Part shown: one piece after another, positions 52,245 to 64,000 of the stretch
Layout: the number at the start of each line of letters is the position of its first letter
How positions within the stretch are numbered: position 1 is the first letter of the stretch
Origin: Marsupella aquatica
Taxonomy: Eukaryota; Plantae; Marchantiophyta
Reading direction: 5' to 3'
Assembly (NCBI GenBank): GCA_973895155.1
Contig: OZ316898.1
Coordinates: 15,096,330-15,160,329, forward strand
DNA: 64,000 bases
Program-made: the position numbers and the translations under genes
The notes under the pieces: generated by a model
Seen by the model: only the letters and a program-made list of their open reading frames with translations
Told to the model about the DNA's origin: nothing
Databases searched by the model: none

Positions 52245-55200
52245 ATGACAATGAACATGTCAGGTGCAGATGAAGAGGATAATGAAGCAGTGCAAGTGCA
52301 TCTCTGGCGTAGAGGGGACGTATGCGATGTGTACATCCCGGAAGCTGACAGACCGCCACCTCAAGAGAGTCCATGTTTTGGAAGGAGAAAGAGACCCGCC
52401 TCAAACCTGGTAGCAATTCTGGAAGGGAAGAGTCCTGAGCAAGGTGAGAATTTGGTTTGCTGAAATGTGGGGGTATACTTGTTGTGGGCATTGGGCCTGA
52501 ATGCCATCTCACGGCGCACTTGTTATGTAATTAATAGACCCTGGTGCGATGGAGGAAACACCTGATAAATGACTCCAATGCACTTTGGCTCCCATCTACA
52601 AGCTTTTGTTATTTTCCATCAAGATCTGTCTTCCATGTCATTCAATTGTCAATATGGATCAATATATATTTAACTCATGGAATGCTTCTCTGGACTGTTT
52701 CTCTGGACTGTGGATTCAATTGATTTGGTCTTCTGTTGCTGCCTAGTACCTATATTGCCTGTATCGTGAAAGAATTGGCTTCCTGGATTGGAGAAGCATT
52801 TTTAGACAGAAATCATTGTCTTCACATAATTTCGTGTCCAGATTATCGTTTTCGAAGGTGAGAATTCGGTTTGTTGAAATGTGGGGGTGCACTTGTTGTT
52901 TACTATGCCTGAATGCCATCGCCGCACTTGTTATGAAATTAGCAACCTGGATTGGAGAAGCATTTTTAGACACAAATCATTGTCTTCAAATTATTTCGTG
53001 TCCAGATTATCGTTTTCCTTGAATGAACTATCTTGAGTGAGTGTATTGAACTTATTGTACCTCTATTGTTTCTGGACTTTGGAAGCATTAGCCTGATTTC
53101 ATTTCATCTTCTGTCCCTACACAATAATGGATTTATAGATATGTCCCCAAATAAGTCATAAGGTGTAGTGTCTGTGGACTGTAGAAGTATGTGTAGACGT
53201 TAATAATGTTGTCTTCACACTGTATGTACAACATCCCTTGCAGTGGAAGCAGAGGCAGCCAGAATTCGCTTGGGCGAGCGATTCAGTGATTTTGAACAGT
53301 TTGACCGTTGCTTAGATTCATGGGCTGTCATGAATGGCCGTGTGGTTTCCAAATATAAAAGTAAAGGAAGCTTTCGAACTAGAGTGTGTCGATTTAGCAA
53401 TCCTGTAAGAAAATCTTCCAGGATTCCACCTACTCCAGGAGACTGCAATGGTGGTTTGGTAGCTGAAGATGCTGCTGATGATGATGATGATCAAGGTGAA
53501 GGCCAACATGATCACCAAGATGAAGAGGAAGAGGAATCTGAAGATGAGCTCTTTTGGCACTATGACAGTCGATACGGGGAGTACACTGGCTTCCGTGACA
53601 AAGGTTCAGGGAAGTCTAAAACTAAGGGTCTTGCTCAGAGTCTAAATCCACATGCACAATCTATACTCACAGCAGAACAGGTAAGTGCTCACGTGCTTTC
53701 ACCAATTCCGGCAACTATCCCTTGTTGCCTTTTCAGTATTTTTGACAATGGGTGTCTTTGGGCATTGTGTAGGTGGAAGACATTGAATTTGAGAAGGCTA
53801 TACTACAGATGACAGGATCCCAAAAGCAAGTTCGTGCTCCTCTTGGAGACCTTCATCCAAACAATTTGCTGAGCAAGCAACCCAGAGTCACCGCCACACT
53901 CCCACCAGCCTTGGGAGTCCTCACAAGCAGACCTACAGCAATCATCAAGCATACTAGTGTTTGGTTGCCTAGCAGGAAATCAGGCAACAAATCAGCAACT
54001 GGAGCATGTGGGGAGATGTCCAGATTTAGGCCGCCTGAATCTTATGATGAAGAAGGTGTTGATACTTCTTTGTCTTGCCCATTTCGAGTTCGTTGTCATC
54101 GGCAAGCAGAAACAGGGGCCCATATGATCACAGTGTGTGATTTCAAACACACTTGTGCAGCGTCAAAACACAAATGGAGAGGCCCAACACAGAAGTCGAT
54201 TTGGTTGGGCGATACCTTGGCTCCAAGAGTAACACGAAATTTGAAAGTGCCAGTGAAAGAATTACTAAATGGCTTCCAGGGGGACTACAAGAAGAGTACC
54301 ACTTACCACCAGATGTGGCGGGCTAAGGACTATATTAAACATATTCACCTTGGTGGACAGGAGGACACGTTCAGAATGATACCGGCACTCATTGCTAGGT
54401 TGAGGGAGGCTGACCCTGCTTGCATTGCAGAGTGGTCTCCTATGGAAGACTCTAACATTTTCTGTAGAGCTTTTATTTGCCCATCGGCTACAAGGAAAGC
54501 TCTCCAATTCGTTCAGCCGTTGATTTCGCTTGATGCCTGTCACACCAAGAACAGAAAGTACCCCACTCAACTCTTCTTGGCAACATGCTTAGATGGCAAT
54601 GCACAGAATTTCATACTTTGTTATGCAGTTGCTCCAATGGAGAACACTGAGAATTGGATTTGGTTTCTTCAACTAGTTGACAGAGCCCTCTATGGCATTG
54701 AATCCACAATCATGCCAATCATATCAGATCGCCAGAAGGGTCTGGTTGCTGCAGTTAGAGAAGTATGGCCAGGTAAGATCCATGCAGCTTGTGCCAATCA
54801 CTTGAGGGCAAATGTCAAGACCAGGCATGGCAGAACAGCGGCTAATATATTCACTGGTTGCATTTATGCAAACGACATAATTCAGTGAGCATTACATACC
54901 TTTCCTTTCATTTCTCAATTGCCTGTTGTAAGACATTCAATACACTATATATATACATAATGATGAATGTCTTCACTGCGATTCACAATACATATACATA
55001 ATGATGAATGTCTTCACTGCGATTCACAATACATATACATAATGATGTATGTCTTCTATGTGCCTCTATATGGGTGTGTACTGAATGCTTCAGTACACAA
55101 ATGTGCATACATTTAATGATGAATGTCTTCTGTGTGCCTTTGTATGGATGGCTTGTCAATGTTTTTAGTACAGAAGTGTGCATACATAATGATGGATGTC

Positions 55201-56718
55201 TTCTCTTTGCTCAGTACATTAGATGTAGACAAGATTATTTGTCTTCTCTCTGCTATTGTAACTGTCTGGTGTCCCCTCTGTGGCGGTATAACAGGTATGA
55301 ATCTTGTTTGAGGCGGCTATCCAGTGCCGTACATTCAAGTAAGTCAGATGATACTGTAAACTACATCAGAACTTTTGATGTTAGACAGTATTCTCGGATG
55401 GCCTTCCCACTTCCACGGATGGGCAAGGTTACAAGTAACCCTTGTGAGCAAGCTAATTCAGGGTTATTGCCATTTCGGGAATTTGCCCCTTTCAAGTTAT
55501 TAGTTCAACTTTGGATTTACATGCAGCAGAAGCTTAAAGACAGGAGAACAACAGCACTTGCTAGACAGGAAGCATTGACAATTCCAGCCCTCATCAGATA
55601 CAACAACAACTTGAAAACTTTTGGTCAATGGCAGGTAAACATTTCAAATCTGACTTTCAAATCTGACTTGTACTAGTGTGGTAAGGTTCAATGTCTCGAT
55701 CTCAATGTCTGCTGACATTCAGTAATCAAACAATTGACATGGGCAGGTGTTTGATGATGGACAATCCACTGCAAAAGTACAAACAACATCCGGCAGTGAA
55801 GAGTATCTTGTGTCCCTAGCACCCAAGAAATCTTGCTCATGTTTTGAACTACAAGAAATGGTGTGGCCATGTGAGCACATCATGGCATGGGATGACCAGG
55901 AAGGGCGGAACCCATCTGCACATTTTCACAGGTGTTGGCGAACAGGTTCATTGCTTGCTTTGTATGATGAGGTCATGCCTAGCTTTGTTGTAAGTGACCT
56001 TCAGTTGAGTCCTAATTGTGCCCCTCCAGAGGTTGCTGTGAAAAGGGGTCGTCATAGGATGGTTCGATTCCAGCAAGGTCATCGAGGTACAAGGCATGGA
56101 CCCAGGGCTATTAGAGAAGGAGAAGATGTGGTTTACAACACCTCAGGAGAACGTTTCTTGAGGTACCCAGTGTTTGATGACCCCAACAGGGTGGAACCAT
56201 TTCCCGGTGCAAACACTTCTGCTGGACTTCCAGGGATTCAAATTCAGCCACGTAAGAAGAAGCTGCGCCAGTATACCGGCAAGTGTAGGTGCTCCAATTG
56301 TGGAGAAGCTGGACACAACAGAAGGACTTGTCCCAAAATTGCAGAGGTACAGGATTCCTCAATAAACCACTAAGTTCATTGTTGAGTTTATTACTGATTG
56401 TGCGGGTGGGTAATGCTTTGCTTTTGTTACCATTTCATTGTGCAGGTGGATAATGTTGGTTCACATACAGATCATACTCAGTGGTCACCTCTTCCAGGAG
56501 AAGACCTGGTGGCAACTGAATATTCTATTCCTTCTACAGCACCAAGCACAGGCATTGGTCCAGACAACACAATTGCAACAAGACATGATGATCCTTTTCA
56601 CTCTTACAATGGACCCCCTGAAAACATGCAACGATACTTAGAGTTGGCAGAGGAGGTTGCCATGGAGTGCCGAGGCTTTGGATCACAGTATCAGGAAGAT
56701 ATCACTTCATTTGACTAG
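52245..56718 (+). CDS. MuDR/MULE transposase, apparently intact (~986 aa); exons 52245-52443, 53244-53680, 53773-54884, 55295-55634, 55747-56346, 56446-56718
   Basis: DDE residues SLDACH, ISDRQKG and SNPCEQAN; CANH; SWIM CSCFELQEMVWPCEH; CCHC CSNCGEAGHNRRTC. All splice phases are compatible (2961 nt). Confidence 0.9.
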
Positions 56719-56811
56719 TACTTCATTTGACTAACTGTACTTCATGATATGGAACAAACAACTGCTTTGGTTGTGCCCTCAAGAATAGTTAACATAGAGC
56801 TAACTGGCATT

Positions 56812-57016
56812 TCAGTGTTCGTGTGATCGCATTTTTTGAAGACATTTTTCATGTTGTCTTCAGTGTTCAAAAAATGATCTTGTTATTTGAAGACATTTTT
56901 CATGTTGTCTTTAGTGTTCAAAAAATGAACGAGTTACTTGAAGACATATTTCATGTTGTCTTCAGTGTTCAAAACATGATCGAGTTACTTGAAGACATTT
57001 TTCATGTTGTCTTCAC
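56812..57016. repeat. Tandem repeat, 4 x 51 bp, each unit with GAAGAC-N12-GTCTT(C/T)
   Basis: GAAGAC at 56838, 56889, 56940 and 56991. Confidence 0.92.
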
Positions 57017-57241
57017 ATGCACTTTTGGATCCTATGTCGACGGTGCGATATTAGGGTGACTGTTGCGGGGTTTAGGGCGTCCTTAAACCGTCCCCCTGAG
57101 GTAAACCTGTTTTAAGCGCGACGTAGCATGCAGCGTAGCCCATTTGCAACGTCGTGCAAGCGGGAGAGGGGAGCAGAGAGCAGACCATTGAGCAGCTTCA
57201 GAGGATAGCAGAGAGTAGTCGATTGAGCACACTGCGGGACA

Positions 57242-58042
57242 ATGGCAAAGGCGAATGCTGACTTTTTGGTTCGATTGTTGTGGGCATTGGGCTTTGGTGT
57301 ATGGACCATCTTGGCAATTCTCAGTTACATTTTCTTTGCCATCCATTGTATGCTGGAACGCGCGTGTGCTCTCTTCCCCTATCGAAATGACGATCTAGGC
57401 TGCCTGAGCAGGCTGGCTGTTTGTCGGCCACCTGAATCCAAGTCCCATATTACTTTGGGACCAGTAGATGGGGAGCGTGAAGCAGTTGACAATTCTGGAG
57501 CAGGGACTGTGCGAGCTGATGTTGAGCTCAAATCTGAGGTTGGGGTAGGAAGACTGCAACCTGATGTTGGGCCATTGAAAGTCGATGTTGGCTCCACAAC
57601 AAAAGGCGACAGTCATGTTCAGCTGGAATCTGAGGCTGGTGTAGTGAAAGTTGGACCGTATGGGCGAGTAGAAGGTCTTGTGAGGAGAACGCCTAGAAGG
57701 CTGTCGATTGCTTTGCCTTACAATTGTTATCTAGGCGCGCCCTCTCCAAAGAAATGGTATGCAATTGCAAAGGGCAGAAGTCCTGGGATTTACCGCACTT
57801 GGGAGGAGGCAGAGGCTCAGGTCACTGGTTTTAGTGGAGCAAATCATAAGTCCTTCAAGTCCCACTCTGAAGCTGAGACATGGCTACAGCGTCAGTTCAA
57901 TGCAATGGGGGCACAGTGGAAGGCTCCTAATCTAGCCGATAGGCATAGGGTCAATGTTGAATTGCTTGGAATAGATGAGTCTGGCCATGAAGTGTTCAAA
58001 TGTGACTGTTGTGAGGAGATTTTCTGTAGCAATGAACATTAG
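57242..58042 (+). CDS. Protein with RNase H1 N-terminal hybrid-binding (Cauli_VI-like) domain, hydrophobic N-terminus, no RNase H catalytic domain
   Basis: KWYAIAKGRSPGIYRTWEEAEAQVTGFSGANHKSFKSHSEAETWL. Confidence 0.75.
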   Translation: MAKANADFLVRLLWALGFGVWTILAILSYIFFAIHCMLERACALFPYRNDDLGCLSRLAVCRPPESKSHITLGPVDGEREAVDNSGAGTVRADVELKSEVGVGRLQPDVGPLKVDVGSTTKGDSHVQLESEAGVVKVGPYGRVEGLVRRTPRRLSIALPYNCYLGAPSPKKWYAIAKGRSPGIYRTWEEAEAQVTGFSGANHKSFKSHSEAETWLQRQFNAMGAQWKAPNLADRHRVNVELLGIDESGHEVFKCDCCEEIFCSNEH

Positions 58043-59653
58043 ACCCATACGGGGTAATGGGTATAGCTTACGATTGGCTGAGGTGATGGGTACAATTCAG
58101 GATTCCCTGAGCTCCCACTGTAACTCATTGCAGACTAGGCAGAGACTAGCAGCAGAAGTAATTGTAGTTTTGCAAATTTTGAAGACTGCATACGCAGACG
58201 TACTCCACACATTTTGAAATCAGCAATTGAAGCAATTATTGGAATTTGCAATGTTGAGTGCATGGACGTCCATTTCTATGCAATGTGTATTGAGCTATTC
58301 TTTGCTGCCTCATGGCATTGTATTCCATTACTATTGGCCCAGGTCTGTTTAGCAGCAAATTGCGCCAAGGTCTACCTCTCGACCGTTCGACCTTCCTGAA
58401 CGGGATCTGCAATCGAGTGTCCGCCGCAACAACCCATATATTTTCCTACTTTGGTACGAAGACAAAAACCATATTGTCTTCATGTACATACACCCAAAGT
58501 TGTGTAACAGTGTGGGAACAAAACCAAGTAACTTTGACCCATGCCCCCCTGGTAACCATCGTTCTTCTGTCCAAGGAGCATCCAAACACTCAAATTGCCC
58601 CCCTCTTGCAACGGCACAATTTTGGTGGAAGCGTGTAATGAAGACAATAATCATGTTGTGTTCACATGTTTCATTCATTGCATGCTGTATTTTGGACTTC
58701 AAATCACCATTTTTTTCAGGGTAGCCACCATACATACTCAGCATGTTTGTACAAACTTATCAGGATGTTTATGTTGTTAATGGAGATGTTAATGGACCTG
58801 TCACACTTACTCTGGATGCTTATGCTCTTAGAGTTTTTTACTAACTTGTCCCCTAAACTACTACCCAATATTATTAACTTGTTCCTCAGACAAAATTAAT
58901 TATTAACTTAATTGTCCCCCATTTTTCATTTGGGTTAATATTAACTCATAAATGGGTTCCCGTAACCAAGTGAGGCCGATGAAGAGGTGCCCTGATGGGC
59001 TCATACGTACGATCCAATAACAACTTGCCAGATGGTAATGGGAACCCATATACATTTTAATATTGATACAAATACAAAATGGAGGACATGTTGATAAAAA
59101 AATTTGTTTTGGGGGCACCTTAGCAATATTAGGTAATTTGGGGGACAGGTTAGTAGGGGTTAGGGGTTTAGAGTTAATTTAGGGCCCTTAATGAACTTGG
59201 TACATATATATGCTCAATTGACAAAACTAGGCCTTACTTTGGAGTTTTGTAGCACTGAGGGTGTTATACCAATTTTTAGGTACCATATTTATTCACAACA
59301 TATTTTGCCAAAGAAAAGGAAAAGGTAGGAGGGGGATCAATTTTGTCAATCTCTTGACCCACTTCAAGTCAAACATCCATACATATTCTATTCTTGGGTG
59401 TAATTGAAGCCCTACTTTTTGAACAAATGTATAGGGTTTAGGGTGTATAGCCTACTAGTAGCCTCAAAGAGGGTTTAGGGTGTATAGGCTACTAGGAGTT
59501 GGCAGAGGGTTTAGGGTAGGCCTTCTTTCATTACTTCTAGGCCAGAGGCATAACTCACTAAATGGCCTCATTTGAACAATGGAGGTATAGGATGAGTTTT
59601 ATGGGGTTGTTATTCTTGCCTCACCTTATACAATACAAAAGGTCGGAGGTAAC

Positions 59654-59704
59654 TTAGGGTTTAGGGTTTAGGTTTAGGTTTAGGTTTAGGGTTTAGGTTT
59701 AGGG
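59654..59704 (+). repeat. Interstitial telomere-like tract (TTTAGGG/TTTAGG mix)
   Basis: About 8 tandem units, plus scattered GGGTTTAGGG at 59155-59520. Confidence 0.8.
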
Positions 59705-60843
59705 CATAATGGTTTACTTAAACTTGTATTTGGGTAAATTTGACAAAGCAAGAATAAATCAAATAAAGGTTAAACTCATACAAGTTCATGCTTTTATGTA
59801 CACACCTCCTCTACAGTAAGGAATCATCTCACGACACAAACACACCTGGCCTCATACGTGACCATTGAATTGAAGCAAAAATTAATATTGTCCATCTATG
59901 CGGATTTCATCCATGGTCCCTGCTGCCTCCCAGAACCCCAAGCATGCCGGGGCCGAAGACCCAACATTAATGTGACATATGTAAGAGGCTTCTTACTAAT
60001 ATTGTGCCAAATGTTCTTTCTTGCTGTGCCTAATGTTCTTCCTTTGCAAGGATGCCACATAACATGAGGGGGTCTAACACAAGGAAAACTATATGTGAAG
60101 ACATTATTAATGTTTTGTTCACATAATTAGCCCTACATATATTTGAGTTTGAATGAAACCCAATTCAGATTATTTGTAATAGTGAGTGAAGGCAAAATTA
60201 ATGGTGTCTCCAAATTTGCCCAAGTCTGCCTACAACCCACACCCCCTTCATCTGGCCGTCCACACCCGGTCATTTAAATTATGTGTAAGAGTTATGGAAG
60301 ACAGCATACATGTTGTCTTCCTTTTTCCAAAGTGTGTAATTAGGAACCCGGGTACCCTTCTTCTGGCTGTCCGCCCCCACCCGGTCTTTCACATTATTTG
60401 TAAGTGGAATGAAGACAAGATCATGGAGTCTACAGGTTTGCCCCGAAAGTTTCCAAGTGTCCTCTTTTTTTGGCCATTTGTGAGTGCGGAAGACAAGATG
60501 CGTGTCGTCTTTTGCATTCTAAACTTCACAGAAGCAGACTGGAATGATCATGTTATAATAGTAAGGAACTCCACTTTGTGACCAGGTTGAACGGAGTTGG
60601 CCCCTGCTTACTATTTGAACGAGACTACCTAGCTTTAGCATGCATTGTATCCAAACAGACATGAGGTGTCATTGGTAATCAATTATGGACAATAATTTCA
60701 TAATGAACACAACCTTGTAAGGTGAAAAATGTACTGAAGGAAATGTCTGTACAAGTTATGAGGACCCATTATATGACTACCACTGTTGGGAGCTCATGAA
60801 GTACCCATGACGCTACCACTGAAAATGGGGAAGGGTGTGGAAG

Positions 60844-63800
60844 TCAACTGGTAAATTGGGAAGGGTGCAGCAGCTGGTTGATACTCTGCCTAAAAGTATC
60901 CTGAGAAGAAGTGACTTGGGAGTCAATCTGAAGTATTTCTGAAAGCATAAACGTGTCTAAAGTGTAACCATCATCTATTGGAATATCATCCAAGGGACTC
61001 ATGACATGAGATGGTCCCCCTCTTCCTCGGCCCCTCCCTCTACTTGCCACGCTCTTATGCCGCTTCTGCTTTTGTATGACACTGTCTTGCACTGCTAGGT
61101 CATCATCTTCAGGGTTCAGAAACACAACATTGGTAGTTGGATCAACTGCGAGTAGAGGAACTATCTTAATAGCCTGACCCTGGTGCGATTTTGAGACCGG
61201 TTTCCTCTTCTTAGAGGCTTGAACAGGTCCTAAGGCCAGTGTAGTTTCTCTCTGTAGTCCATACAATCCAAACAAACATCAGAAGATGTTGCAAACTCTA
61301 TATTGACATTACAAAACTTAAGGCGTTTGACCAGCAAAACATTGATGATAGAATGTGGCATACCTGGGAGCCCATTGGTGCAGGTGCTGGTGTAGGGGCA
61401 GGTGGTGGAGTAGCTGTAGGGAGCTCATGCACTGATACCCCGGATACCCTTTCTCTTCCCCTTGCCCTGCCTCCCTACAATCCAAACAAACATGCAAAGG
61501 CAGTGGAGGTTAACGTCCTGAACCTGCAAAGCGAAACCACGAATAGAGCAAGGGAATTGGGGGCAGATCCATTCCAGACCTTGGAGGGGTTGGTTGGCGG
61601 TGCAGGGGGCGGTGCTGCTGCTGCTGCTCTGCTCTCCAACAATGCCCCCCTCCTTATTCGTCCCTACACAAAAAAAGATCTAATGTGAACAGGAAGACAT
61701 CGTGGTTATCGTCTCCAACCTGCAGAGAAATTCAAGACGCGTATACAGCAAGGGAATTGGGGGCAGATCCATTCCAGACCTTGGAGGGGTTGGTTGGCGG
61801 TGCAGGGGGCGGTGCTGCTGCTGCTGCTCTGCTCTCCAACAATGCCCCCCTCCTTATTCGTCCCTACACAAAAAAAGATCTAATGTGAACAGGAAGACAT
61901 CGTGGTTATCGTCTCCAACATGCAGAGAAATTCAAGACGTGTATACAGCAAGGGAATTGGGGGCAGATCCATTCCAGACCTTGGAGGGGTTGGTTGGCGG
62001 TGCAGGGGGCGGTGCTGCTGCTGCTGCTCTGCTCTCCAACAATGCCCCCCTCCTTATTCGTCCCTACACAAAAAAAGATCTAATGTGAACAGGAAGACAT
62101 CGTGGTTATTGTCTCCAACCTGCAGAGCAATTCAAGACGTGTATACAGCAAGGGAATTGGGGGCAGATCCAATCTAGACCTTGGAGGGGTTGGTTGGCGA
62201 TGTAGGGGGCGGTGCTGCTGCTGCTGCTATGCTCTCCAACATTGCCCCCCTCCTTCGTCGCTACAAGAAAAAATTGAATGGTGACTTGAAAGACATCATG
62301 GTTCTCGTCTCCAACCTGCAAAGCAATTCAAGACACGAAAATAGCAAGGGAATTGGGGGCAGATCCAATCCAGACCTTGGAGGGGTTGGTTGGCGCTGCA
62401 GGGGGCGGTGCTGCTGCTAGTGCTGGGATCTCGAGGGATGCCCCCCTCCTTCGTCGCTACAAGAAAAAAAATGAATGGTGACTTGAAAGACATCATGGTT
62501 CTCGTCTCCAACCTGCAAAGCAATTCAAGACACGGAAATAGCAAGGGAATTGGGGGCAGATCTATTCCAGACCTTGGAGGGCTTGGTTGGCGCTACACAG
62601 TAGACCTGGAGTTCTGCTGGTGCTGGACTGTCTGGGATGTCCAGGGATACACCCATTCCTCCCTACAATGAAACAAATGCACAACAAACTTAAAAGACAA
62701 GAAGGATCACATCTTCAACGTGCAAAGCAATTCTAGATGTAGGCTAACCAAAGTAATTGGGGCCCAAAGAGGTCAGAAAATGAGTTCCATACGTCGGTGG
62801 GAGGCTCCAACACATGTGCATTCTGTTGAAAGCTGAGGGGGATCTCTGGATGGATAGGAACTTGAATGCCTCTTCACATAGACAGTCCTCAATAGGAGCT
62901 GGTACCTCCTCCATCCCTTGGGCTTCTTGCTGTGGTTGGTCCTCTGGTGTGTTTTCTGGTACCTCCTCCTCCCCTTGGGCTTCTTGCTGTGGTTGTTCCT
63001 CTGGTGTGTTCTCTGGTACCTCCTCCTCCCCTATCTCTTCTTGTTGTGGTTGTTCCTCTGGTGGGTTCTCTGCTACCTCGTCCTCCCCTTGGGCTTCTTG
63101 CTGTGCTTGGACCTCTGCTGGCTCGTCATCCCCATGAACTGATTCATGAGGTCCATCCTCTTCATCCCCCGCCATTGTTTCTTCCGGGTCTTCCGCTGCT
63201 GCACCAGTTATAGCAGGTTCCTGTGGTTCTTCCTTGGGTCCCTCTTCATCACTTTCCTCACACAGCAAACCCCACTTTGCAGGGCCAATCTCATAATCAC
63301 TCTCATCAGAGGTGTCCTGCCACACCTCTGAGACTCCAGCCTACACAATAACACAGCACTATGAATCTCACATGGCACAGGCATACATTACAAAACAAAT
63401 AATTCATGGAGCCTAGACTTACCGCCTCCCGAGCACTTCGAACTGTCATGCCCCTCCTCTTGTATTCTTGGATGAGATTTGTAGTAGACTTTGCAAGCGT
63501 TGTGGGCTTCTGGTCTCGCTTCCATTCCCTGTAGTCAGCAGCAGCAGCTTCGAAATCTACTAGCTTGGGCGCAATCTTCCACTTCAGCAGTGCCCTTTTC
63601 TGCTTCAAGTATTCCACTGCCTGACCAATGAGGTTCTCCCGAACCTCCTCAATGTGCAGAAGATGGGGAGGTTGCACCTCCACATGCAGCTGAGGGAAAA
63701 AACATTGTAGCATGGCACTGTCCATTTTTAAAGCTACCAGTTTTTTATCCCTTGGCAGCACAATGGGCATCTGTTTGATAAGCTCAATCCATCCAAACAC

Positions 63801-64000
63801 AATAGGAGAAGTGCCAGCAGACTCCAAAAATTCCAACAACATCTCAAACATAGAATCATCTAGCAAACAGGACCAACCCTGGTTGCACATGGGATGAATG
63901 TGTGCAACTTTGATAACCCGAACGAGAAGCGTTTTTGTTGGGACAGTGGGCTCCTCTCCAATAACCAGATATTTCTTCTTCAGCATAGCTTTCCTCCTAG
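60844..64000 (-). CDS. Multi-exon accessory gene of unknown function (acidic and Pro/Ala-rich repeats); 5' end may be outside the window
   Basis: ORFs 63306-63986, 62744-63325 and 60844-61275, with small TGTAG/GT-bounded exons between. 60-bp repeats encode EEQPQQEAQGEEEVPENTP. Confidence 0.5.
61548..62595. repeat. Tandem repeat of ~5.3 units of ~200 bp
   Basis: Unit start GCAAGGGAATTGGGGGCAGATC at 61548, 61748, 61948, 62148, 62344 and 62541. Confidence 0.95.

Larger units (their letters stand above)
51500..64000. mobile_element. Second Mutator-like element (MuDR type) with accessory genes; probably extends beyond the window
   Basis: Intact transposase, and a shared GAAGAC-N12-GTCTTC motif from 51841 to 62716. 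Boundaries not resolved. Confidence 0.65.

Noticed and set aside
56812-57016. CRISPR-like appearance of palindromic repeats, and the ORF 56823-57059
   Set aside because: Units are near-identical tandem copies without unique spacers, there are no cas genes, the context is eukaryotic, and the ORF is a by-product of the repeat.
61353-62671. Plus-strand ORFs across the 200-bp repeat
   Set aside because: Splice signals and neighbouring ORFs indicate the minus strand; these are antisense shadows.

Overview
Eukaryotic, intron-containing land-plant DNA, most like a bryophyte (liverwort or moss; inferred from TE protein types, not proven). It holds three host genes, all on the - strand: a CCX cation/Ca2+ exchanger (2.7-5.5 kb), a D-type-like cyclin with an LxCxE motif (37.5-41.0 kb) and pTAC12/HEMERA (46.5-50.7 kb). 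Two TE-rich blocks separate them. Block 1 (6.1-37.0 kb) is bracketed by a long inverted repeat and contains a complete but decayed Ty1/copia element (345-bp LTRs, ATTCC TSD). That copia carries two nested 3.6-3.9 kb TG..CA insertions with 5-bp TSDs, each encoding one large non-gag/pol protein (apparent protein-coding solo LTRs); a third relative is truncated. Block 1 also has a ~9.6 kb Mutator-like element. Its transposase is divergent from a gene fusing a ParB/Srx-like domain to a beta-class amino-DNA-methyltransferase-like domain, and 14 copies of a 15-bp palindrome (TAGCGC-N3-GCGCTA) occupy its introns and intergenic DNA. This is the best candidate for an undescribed system: a ParB/parS-like self-marking or anti-silencing module on a plant transposon. 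Block 2 (from ~51.5 kb to the window end) is a second Mutator-like element with an apparently intact transposase, an RNase H1 hybrid-binding-domain gene and a repeat-expanded accessory gene. It has its own, different dispersed palindrome (GAAGAC-N12-GTCTTC). All domain calls are by eye from motifs; no database searches were run.
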